Program-made: the position numbers and the translations under genes
In this document: piece after piece, positions 7,984-14,632 of the stretch
Layout of the letters: each line of letters opens with the position of its first letter
How positions within the stretch are numbered: position 1 is the stretch's first letter
Source: a virus
DNA: 14,632 bases
UHGV virus genome: UHGV-0270538
Strand: one strand, 5' to 3'
Notes under the pieces: generated by a model
Database searches by the model: none
Seen by the model: the letters and a program-made list of their open reading frames with translations, nothing else
What the model was told of the DNA's origin: nothing

Positions 7984-8002
7984 TCTGACCATTAGCGGTT
8001 TT
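7973..8002. terminator. putative bidirectional intrinsic terminator between the convergent invertase and U genes
   Basis: Perfect 12-bp inverted repeat aaaaccgctaat / attagcggtttt with a 6-nt loop (ctgacc). The GC core stem is followed by a T-run on both strands. It overlaps the invertase stop codon (7981-7983) and ends 7 bp before the U stop. Confidence 0.5.
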
Positions 8003-8009
8003 GCGTTAA

Positions 8010-8504
8010 TCAAAACAGCCCTTTAACGGAGCTGGCCGCGCTGTTAAGGGATGATGTGACCTTATCTTTGAAGCCGGACAGCATATCACTGAACGATGAG
8101 GATTGCAGGCGCTCCCGCAAATCCTCATCACAGCGTTCAAGAGTCAGTGAAAATTCTATCTTTTTCGCCTTACCGTAGCGATCAAACTCGGAGCGGGTCG
8201 TATTCGTTCCGGTCAGGACATACATGCCGTAAATCTGCCCGACACCATCAATCAGAGGCCAGGGGCGTCCTGTATATGCCTGCGTGGTCAGCAACGAAAG
8301 CGACACTTCGCCACCTGTAATTTCAGGATAAAGCACGCCGGAAAGCACGATGCGATCATCACCTGCGCCGATATACTGCCAGCTTGCTGAACGGTTAACG
8401 CGTTCATTTTTCACATGCCGCCAGCTTTTGTTTTGCTGTAACTGCTGATGCGGCAATGTGCGCAGCTCAAAAACAAACATGCCGTAGATCATCATCATGG
8501 CCAT
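8010..8504 (-). CDS. U: tail protein U (sheath terminator, P2 gpU-like)
   Basis: 164 aa; MFVFELRTLPHQ, YPEITGGEVSL, WPLIDGVG and FSLTLER resemble gpU. GGAG lies only 2 nt before the first ATG, so the true start may be the third Met (8498). Confidence 0.85.
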   Translation of the reverse strand: MAMMMIYGMFVFELRTLPHQQLQQNKSWRHVKNERVNRSASWQYIGAGDDRIVLSGVLYPEITGGEVSLSLLTTQAYTGRPWPLIDGVGQIYGMYVLTGTNTTRSEFDRYGKAKKIEFSLTLERCDEDLRERLQSSSFSDMLSGFKDKVTSSLNSAASSVKGLF

Positions 8505-8510
8505 GACTCC

Positions 8511-11354
8511 TCAATCTTTATCGTAAAAACTGCCACGTCCGGCACGGTCGCGTCGTTCCAATTCTGCCCTGACCATTTCACCGACCAGTTTCGCCAGTTC
8601 GCGGGGATTCTGCGTAACAACGTTATGCAGATGAACATGAATTTCACCGCCAAATCCGGAGACAACAGGCTCCCGGTTACGGGAAGTTGCAGGAACTGAT
8701 GCCACTGGCGATCGTATGGCCTCCGCCACCGGGCGGGAGCTGGCCGCAACAACAGGGACCAGCGCCGGAGGCAGAGGAGTCGGGACCACGGGTGTGATGT
8801 TGATTGCGGAAGCAGGCTTACTGACCTGCGCAATCTTCCGCTCCTGCCACTCCCCACGAACAGCAAGTGCGCGGGGCAGATTCTTAAAGACAATATCGCC
8901 GGGGCCAATGCGTTTTTTCGTCTCATCAACCAGCTTACCTGTGTTATCAGCAATTTTGCTGAGTCTGCGTAGCGTACCGGTATTGCTGTCTGTGAGCGGT
9001 TTGTTGTCTTTGGGTTTATCACCTCCGGTGCCATTGCCATTTTCCACAGGCTTCGGCGGATTGATTTTCGCCAGGTCCCCCTGAAGCAAGGCAACCTTGT
9101 CCTGAAGAATGGCCGCACGCTGTGCGTCTTCGATTTTCTTACGCGCCCTTTCCGCTTCATCCGGAAGGACGCCAAGTTTTTCAAGTATCCACGCCAGCGT
9201 ATCCAGTAGCATTTTTGCAGGCGTCAGAACAAGTTGTAACGCACCGCCAAGAACGTTACCGAATATCTCGCCAGCACTGGTACATTTATCCAGCGTTTCC
9301 TTGCTGGACTCCATCGGTGACAACAGCGATTTAAACCAGTTAAACACCTGGCTGATCCCGCTTCCGATTGCGTCAAAAACAGGACCAAACCGTTCAAAGG
9401 TTTCGCGCAACGGGGTCAGCCTTTCCATAATCCCGCTGAACACCCCGGCAAAAAATGCCTTAATGGGTTCCCAGTATTTCCAGATGAGAACCGCCGCAGC
9501 CACAAACGCAGCAGCAATCAATCCAACCGGACTGAACAGCGCCCCGATAGCGCCTCCCAGCAAAGAAACAGAACCCGTCAGCATTCCCCACAGCGCAGGC
9601 AACACCCGGACGACATTCATTGACCGGGTAAGAATGTCAAAACCAAGACGCAGGGTGGCCAGCTTTCCGTAAAGCACCCCAATAACCAGCGACAACGAGC
9701 CAATCGTTGCAGTCATTGCCAGCAACGCACCGCCTGCTATCAGTAGCTGGCGCGTCAGTACCGGATGGGCCTGCGCCAGCGAGGTGATTTTTTCAAGCAC
9801 CCGCGTGAGCCACTGCGTGACAGAACGCAGCGGACCGTCAACCAGATCACTGATGCGAATACGAAGACCTTCCCATGCGCTGTCGAGATTTTTCAGGTCC
9901 CCATCAAGATTATCGGCCATTACTTTTGCAACGCGATCGGCCTCTCCCCTTGCCCCCTGCAATTCTCTGGTCAGTTTTTGCAGCTCTCCTGAACCAGCCG
10001 CCGCAACAAGCGTCTGTAAACCAACGAACGCCTCTTCTCCGGCGATGTCCTTGAAGAAGGAAATCTGGTCCACCTGTCCGTATTTTTGTGTCGCCTTATA
10101 GAGATCAAGCAGCACATCCTCCATCGGGCGCATTTTGCCTCTGGCGTCAGCAACTGACACCCCCAGCTCTTTCAGTGCATCAGCCGCAGCTTTTGGCGGT
10201 GATGCAAGGCGGGACAGACTTGCGCGCATGGCCGTACCAGCATCGCTTCCGCGAAGACCATTATTGGCAAGCATCCCGGCCATGGCCGCCGCTTCTTCAA
10301 GACTGATACCAAGTTTTGCGGCAACCGGACCGGTATACTTCATGGTTTCGCCCAGCGCGCGTAAATCAGTATTGGTCCGGGTGAATGCTGCTGTCAGCGT
10401 ATCGCCAACCCGGTCCATTTGATCGGCTGTCAGGTTGAACTGTGTGAGGATATTGGAGCCTATATCAGCCGTCTCGCCGAGTTCGACGCCACCTGCCAGC
10501 GCCATATTAAGAACACCGGGCAATGCGGCCTGAATGGCCTGCGGAGTAAAACCAGCCATTGCCAGAAAGCTCTGCCCACTGGCGGCATCACTCGCAGTAA
10601 ACTGTGTTTCAGAACCAAGTTTTAACGCCTGCTCACGCAGCGCCTTAAACTGCGGGCTGTTTTTGTCGATTCGCGTCAGTGCCTGAACGCGGGACATCTC
10701 TTTCCCGAACCCGATCGCAGGCTGCAAAAAACGCCCGGCAGCATAGCCGCCAGCCGCTGCCGCACCAATTGCCAGCGCACCACCTGTTTTCAGTTTTCCC
10801 GCGGTTTCCTGCGCGCGCGAATACCGCTCACGCGCCCGCGTTACACGCGCAAGCGCCTGCCGTTCGCGTTCAAGCTGGTTGTTGTACTGTTCGGTGCGTC
10901 TGATGGCCTGCTGGATGGTGTTATCGCTGCCTGTCAGGGAAATGCCGTGGCGTTTCAGCTCTCCGCCAAGCTCCCGCATTTTCTGAATTTCCCGTGTGCG
11001 CGATTCATTCAGGCGTTCAAGCCGGGTGCTTAACTGCTGCATCAGCTTTTGTTGTTTTTCGCTGAGCACTGTACCCGTGCGTTGTAACTGATTAAGGGCG
11101 TTAAGCTGGCGTCGTGCTTTCACGATACCCGCATCCGCTTTACTGACAGCGTCGCGGGCGCGCTCAAATGATCGCGCCTGACGCTCGAGATTTTTGATCG
11201 CCCCCTGCGTTCGCTGGATGGAGTCACCAAACTGCCCCATCAGGCGGCGGGCGTTTTCGGCAGGCCGGGTCAGCCTGTCAACGGCGCTGAAAGCGACCCG
11301 GATATCAAGAGTCTTCATTGTCTGCATTCCCGCTGCGAAGTGCCGCCCGCTCAC
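8511..11354 (-). CDS. T: tail tape measure protein T (P2 gpT-like)
   Basis: 947 aa, Ala/Gly/Leu-rich with coiled-coil N-terminal region and hydrophobic central segments; sits between E/E' and U. The GTG at 11354 is uncertain; in-frame ATGs at 11327 and 11318 are alternatives. Overlaps the end of E'. Confidence 0.9.
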   Translation of the reverse strand: MSGRHFAAGMQTMKTLDIRVAFSAVDRLTRPAENARRLMGQFGDSIQRTQGAIKNLERQARSFERARDAVSKADAGIVKARRQLNALNQLQRTGTVLSEKQQKLMQQLSTRLERLNESRTREIQKMRELGGELKRHGISLTGSDNTIQQAIRRTEQYNNQLERERQALARVTRARERYSRAQETAGKLKTGGALAIGAAAAGGYAAGRFLQPAIGFGKEMSRVQALTRIDKNSPQFKALREQALKLGSETQFTASDAASGQSFLAMAGFTPQAIQAALPGVLNMALAGGVELGETADIGSNILTQFNLTADQMDRVGDTLTAAFTRTNTDLRALGETMKYTGPVAAKLGISLEEAAAMAGMLANNGLRGSDAGTAMRASLSRLASPPKAAADALKELGVSVADARGKMRPMEDVLLDLYKATQKYGQVDQISFFKDIAGEEAFVGLQTLVAAAGSGELQKLTRELQGARGEADRVAKVMADNLDGDLKNLDSAWEGLRIRISDLVDGPLRSVTQWLTRVLEKITSLAQAHPVLTRQLLIAGGALLAMTATIGSLSLVIGVLYGKLATLRLGFDILTRSMNVVRVLPALWGMLTGSVSLLGGAIGALFSPVGLIAAAFVAAAVLIWKYWEPIKAFFAGVFSGIMERLTPLRETFERFGPVFDAIGSGISQVFNWFKSLLSPMESSKETLDKCTSAGEIFGNVLGGALQLVLTPAKMLLDTLAWILEKLGVLPDEAERARKKIEDAQRAAILQDKVALLQGDLAKINPPKPVENGNGTGGDKPKDNKPLTDSNTGTLRRLSKIADNTGKLVDETKKRIGPGDIVFKNLPRALAVRGEWQERKIAQVSKPASAINITPVVPTPLPPALVPVVAASSRPVAEAIRSPVASVPATSRNREPVVSGFGGEIHVHLHNVVTQNPRELAKLVGEMVRAELERRDRAGRGSFYDKD

Positions 11355-11834
11355 GCCAGCTAACCACTTCGCCGGGCGTCATCATGAAGATTTCGGCGGG
11401 CGACCAGTTAAAAATGGCGGCAATATCCGCCACAAAGTCTTCTATGTGCTCAAAGCACACAACCGTGATCAGGCTTCCGTCGCCTGTTCGCTCTTCCCGC
11501 CAGAGTCCGCACCGCTCAAAAAATTTACGGCAACCACACATAACTGAATAAAATCACGGGATGCCATTTTTTTGATCGTCACTTCATCCAGTCGTGGCGA
11601 GGTCACGCGTGACAGCAGCGTAAACATGGATTCCGCTTTCAGATTCAGCACATCAGACAGCGACAAATCTCGCAGAGATCCAGCCTGCTCAATAGCCCCG
11701 GTGATCTCCACATACGTGATTTTTTCGCCGCCTCGCTCAATTGGTTGGGTAAGTTTTACGCCACGCTCACTGGTTTCTTTCACAGTGTCAGTAACTACCG
11801 TGTTTTCGGTATCGATGTTTTTCGTCTCTTTCAT
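11305..11834 (-). CDS. E': tail assembly chaperone E+E' fusion made by programmed -1 ribosomal frameshift (about 176 aa)
   Basis: The -1 frame is open from 11553 down to TGA at 11305-11307. Slippery heptamer U-UUU-UUG at 11523..11517 on the coding strand, in frame as AAU-UUU-UUG (N-F-L). Same heptamer and gene position as P2 E/E'. Confidence 0.7.
11469..11834 (-). CDS. E: tail assembly chaperone E (P2 gpE-like; lambda G analogue)
   Basis: 121 aa, acidic; AAGGAG SD 8 nt upstream of ATG 11834; lies between FII and T and contains the T-TTT-TTG slippery site. Confidence 0.8.
   Translation of the reverse strand: MKETKNIDTENTVVTDTVKETSERGVKLTQPIERGGEKITYVEITGAIEQAGSLRDLSLSDVLNLKAESMFTLLSRVTSPRLDEVTIKKMASRDFIQLCVVAVNFLSGADSGGKSEQATEA
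11517..11523 (-). other. programmed -1 frameshift slippery heptamer TTTTTTG (E to E')
   Basis: Plus strand caaaaaa at 11517-11523; on the minus strand it reads T-TTT-TTG in the E frame, with an open -1 frame downstream. Confidence 0.75.
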
Positions 11835-11888
11835 CAGGAAACTCCTTTCAGTCAGAGGCGACGCACTGCGCCGCCTGCATATTACTTA

Positions 11889-12401
11889 TCAGCCAAGCCC
11901 GAGCGCGGAACGGATGCGATCGGGCACAATGTCCTTGCCGTCCTTCCGGTAGATGTGGTTCAACAGGTCGATTTCCCACAGCGGGCGATCGTTAACGCTC
12001 AGCTTGTAGTAGGTGTTTTTGACAGCGTAAGTGTGTGATGTGGCTTCGCCCTGTTTGGCCTCCCCCATATCAATTTCCGTCACACGCCCGCGCATCTCGA
12101 TTTCATACAGATCGCTTTCTGCATCGGTGTAGTATTCACCCGCAAAACGCAGCAGCGTGCTGTCAATCGTGCCGCCATATTTAAGGAACAGCGCACGAAC
12201 AGCTCCCCCCATGACAAAGCTCGCATCAAGCGCGGAGTCGTCCAGACCGAGATCAATACTTACCGCACCCATCATGCCACCACCCCGGTAGCTGTCGGTT
12301 TTGCGCGTCAGCTTAGGCAGAGTGACGGACGTCACCTTACCCACTTCGTTTTCACCATCCACAAACAGCGTAAAAAAGCGAAGATGTTTTGGTACAGCCA
12401 T
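11889..12401 (-). CDS. FII: tail tube protein FII (P2 gpFII-like)
   Basis: 170 aa; VTLPKLTRK, YRGGGM, IDLGLDD, RFAG and EIDMGEAKQGE resemble gpFII; GGGAGG SD; start overlaps FI stop by 1 nt (TGATG). Confidence 0.9.
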   Translation of the reverse strand: MAVPKHLRFFTLFVDGENEVGKVTSVTLPKLTRKTDSYRGGGMMGAVSIDLGLDDSALDASFVMGGAVRALFLKYGGTIDSTLLRFAGEYYTDAESDLYEIEMRGRVTEIDMGEAKQGEATSHTYAVKNTYYKLSVNDRPLWEIDLLNHIYRKDGKDIVPDRIRSALGLG

Positions 12402-13585
12402 CAGGCACCTCCCAGCACCGCAAATGCGGGACCAAAGAATTCATCAGTAAACGTCTGGTAAAGCTCCATGTCTTCCAGTGGCGGAACGGGCGTATATTTG
12501 TAGCGAATACGCACACGTCCCTGACGTAAATCCGTGGTGCCGTTATCCACCACGTCATACCAGCACTCCGCGCCAATCAGTTTCCCGGCAGTAACCAGCG
12601 AATCCAGTTTTGCCCTGATGGCACTGATAACATCCTTCACGTTCGCAGGCGTCAGTGGACTGTCGATGGTTTCAAACTGCGCTTCCGCAATTGAATCAGC
12701 CAGCACCTGTGCGGTTCGGGTATACACCTCAAAGATGTAGGCGTTCGTTTCCGGTGTGCGGTTGCCCCAGAAGCGGAACCCGTTACGACGAATAATGGTC
12801 GTGATTTCTTTGTTGTTGAGGCTGTTGGCATCACTGTCTTCGGCCTGTAACGACCAGAACACATGCCTCGACATCCCCAGCACATTTTTAACCGGAACGT
12901 TGGACAGCGATTTGTGCCAGCCCTGCTCATGGTCAATGTACGCACGAAGGCCGCACGCATAAGCAGGCGCGGGGAACGTTTCGTTTTTGCCACTTTTCGG
13001 GTTGTAGGCGATGAAGTCCGGCCATAAGAGCATCACCTCACGTTCGTTGAATTTCTGGCGGTAGGTAATTGCCTCAGCCATCGTGTTACAGTCATGACAT
13101 GAGGCATACACAAACGCGCGCAGTTTACCCGCAATCACGCACAGGGATTTTGTCACCGCCTCCGTGTCCAGCTCCGGCGCGGCCAGAATACGCGGACGGT
13201 ATCCGATGCTTTCATCCTGCTCTGCAACAAGCAGCGCATACATCCCCGTATAGCTGCCGTCAGATTCAGAACCACCGATAACCAGTTGATCCTGCGTCTT
13301 ACCGCCTTCTTCTTTGTGTTCAGCCACGCGAACGACGATCACTTTTGTGCTCACCTGGTCTGCAATAGCCTTAAGCGCACGATAAAGCGTCCCCGTAGTC
13401 CCGCATTTTCCCAGCACGTCATTGACGCGGGTCAGCAGTGTGGGCTTGTTCAGCGGGAACAGCTCCGCGTCCGCATCATCCGCCGTTGCCACGATACCGA
13501 TAACACTGGAATCAACATCATTAATCGCTGTTACCAGGTCGGTACTTTCCGTAACACGGGCACCATGAAAACGAGTTTCACTCAT
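12401..13585 (-). CDS. FI: contractile tail sheath protein FI (P2 gpFI-like)
   Basis: 394 aa; FPLNKP, KLRAFVY, YRQ-F, WPDF, DHEQGWHKSLSNV, IRRNGFRFWGNRT, YTRTAQV and YKYTPVPPLE match recalled gpFI; AAGGGG SD 8 nt before the ATG. Confidence 0.95.
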   Translation of the reverse strand: MSETRFHGARVTESTDLVTAINDVDSSVIGIVATADDADAELFPLNKPTLLTRVNDVLGKCGTTGTLYRALKAIADQVSTKVIVVRVAEHKEEGGKTQDQLVIGGSESDGSYTGMYALLVAEQDESIGYRPRILAAPELDTEAVTKSLCVIAGKLRAFVYASCHDCNTMAEAITYRQKFNEREVMLLWPDFIAYNPKSGKNETFPAPAYACGLRAYIDHEQGWHKSLSNVPVKNVLGMSRHVFWSLQAEDSDANSLNNKEITTIIRRNGFRFWGNRTPETNAYIFEVYTRTAQVLADSIAEAQFETIDSPLTPANVKDVISAIRAKLDSLVTAGKLIGAECWYDVVDNGTTDLRQGRVRIRYKYTPVPPLEDMELYQTFTDEFFGPAFAVLGGA

Positions 13586-13742
13586 AGCTTCAGCCCCTTG
13601 TATCCGTTAAATGATTCGGCAACAATCATCACCCACCACGCGCGTAATCTCACCCCTGCGCCGTTCTCCCGCCACGGCGACAACAAAAAGCAGTAACCCC
13701 CTATGCACGCACATGCGACCATGCCGCACAGGGAGGGAACAG

Positions 13743-14632
13743 ATGACCGATACCACCATGCAATTGCTCAGTCAGAGCACAGACCCCGTGAAAATGCCGG
13801 ATTTTGATATTCTCGCGGAGGGGGAAACACTGTCCGGCGTGGCAGAGCGCCTGATGAGCCTGTCACTGACCGACAACCGGGGATTTGACGCGGACCTGCT
13901 CACCATCACGCTGGATGATGCGGATGGTCAGTTGCAGCTACCGCCACGGGGCGCGCGCCTGACGGTTCTCATTGGCTGGAAAGGAGAACCGCTGACAGAA
14001 AAAGGCACTTACATTGTTGATGAAATCGCTCACGAAGGACCGCCGGACAGGCTGACTGTTTCAGCCAGAAGCGCAGATTTTCGGGATGAATTTAACGTTA
14101 AACGTGAGGTGTCCTGGCATGATGTGACCATTGAGCGTGTGGTATCCGCCATCGCTCACCGGTACGGTCTGAAACCGCAAATCAGCGAAATGCTGATGGA
14201 TATTGAAATCGACCACGCCGACCAGACCGAAGAAAGCGACATGTCCTTCCTTACGCGCATGGCGGAAATGCTGGGCGCAATCACTACGGTAAAAAGCAGT
14301 AATCTGTTATTCATCATGCCAGGCGGTGGCGTGAACGCACAGGGTCAGCCGTTGCCATCGTTCGCCATCACACGCAGCAGCGGCGATCGCCATCAGTTTC
14401 GCATTGCTGACCGCGAAGCGTATACGGGGGTACGCGCTTACTGGCTTGATCTTAATTACGGGAAAAAGAAAAAAGTCAGCGTGAAACGCCGCAAACCGCC
14501 AAAACCCAAAAAGGAGAAAAGCAGCAGCCGTGAAGGTGATTATATGGAAGGCGCGGAAGGCAATGTGTTTGTGTTACGCAAGACTTATCAGAACGAGCAG
14601 GCAGCAAGACGCGCAGCGGCGGCAAAGTGGCA
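13743..14632 (+). CDS. D: tail protein D (P2 gpD-like), 5' part; continues beyond the window
   Basis: Open frame from ATG 13743 (GGGAGGG SD 6 nt upstream) to the window end, 296 codons. Motifs SLSLTDNRGF, DDADGQ, RSADFR, SWHD, QTEESD, FLTRMAE, AYTGV, lysine-rich KKKKVSVKRRKPPKPKKEK and EGDYMEGAEGNVF match gpD. Absent from the ORF track only because no stop falls in the window. Confidence 0.9.
   Translation, partial: MTDTTMQLLSQSTDPVKMPDFDILAEGETLSGVAERLMSLSLTDNRGFDADLLTITLDDADGQLQLPPRGARLTVLIGWKGEPLTEKGTYIVDEIAHEGPPDRLTVSARSADFRDEFNVKREVSWHDVTIERVVSAIAHRYGLKPQISEMLMDIEIDHADQTEESDMSFLTRMAEMLGAITTVKSSNLLFIMPGGGVNAQGQPLPSFAITRSSGDRHQFRIADREAYTGVRAYWLDLNYGKKKKVSVKRRKPPKPKKEKSSSREGDYMEGAEGNVFVLRKTYQNEQAARRAAAAKW

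Noticed and set aside
7991-8016. gix-like pseudo-sites at the junctions of the inverted FI-U block (ggttttgcgttaa near 7997-8009; ttctcccgccac near 13664-13675)
   Set aside because: Each matches only one half-site partially and neither forms a full 12-2-12 site. This is not enough to claim invertase-mediated inversion; it is kept only as a hypothesis under the main finding.
8022-8030. 9-bp inverted match tttaacgga (8022-8030) with tccgttaaa (13603-13611) near the two block junctions
   Set aside because: Short, with non-matching flanks, and the left copy lies inside the U coding sequence, so a crossover there would not leave U intact. Probably chance.
8495-10903. Several ORFs of 60-230 aa overlapping the tape measure gene on either strand (for example 8716..9084 +, 9109..9672 +, 8495..9184 -)
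   Set aside because: They lie wholly inside the well-supported T gene in other frames, have no recognisable homology or RBS, and are expected by chance in a GC-rich Ala/Gly-rich gene.
11567-11573. A7 run (coding strand) inside gene E as the frameshift site
   Set aside because: The -1 frame entered here meets a TGA at 11554-11556 after a few codons. The P2-type T-TTT-TTG heptamer at 11517-11523 is the one followed by a long open -1 frame.
13586-13742. Canonical P2 late promoter element (TGT-N12-ACA) upstream of FI or D
   Set aside because: Only a TGT-N20-ACA dyad (13599-13624) was found, and no convincing sigma70 -35/-10 pair; no promoter feature is called.

Overview
The window is the tail-morphogenesis region of a P2-like (peduovirus-type) myovirus prophage of an enterobacterium, with no rRNA, tRNA or CRISPR. 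The plus strand carries a 5'-truncated unknown gene, then the baseplate and tail-fibre operon R-S-V-W-J-I-H-G with translationally coupled overlaps. An invertible host-range cassette follows: silent inverted copies G' and H' on the minus strand, a Gin/Pin/Hin-family serine invertase, and two 26-bp crossover sites in inverted orientation. The main anomaly is that the sheath, tube, chaperone (with a -1 frameshift), tape-measure and U genes (FI-FII-E/E'-T-U) lie on the minus strand, whereas the flanking baseplate operon and gene D are on the plus strand; in P2 all are co-directional. This looks like a roughly 5.7 kb inversion adjacent to the invertase gene, or a misassembly. No defence or cargo system was found in the G-FI slot. 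All protein assignments are from reading the translations against recalled P2, Mu and Gin/Hin sequences; no database search was run.
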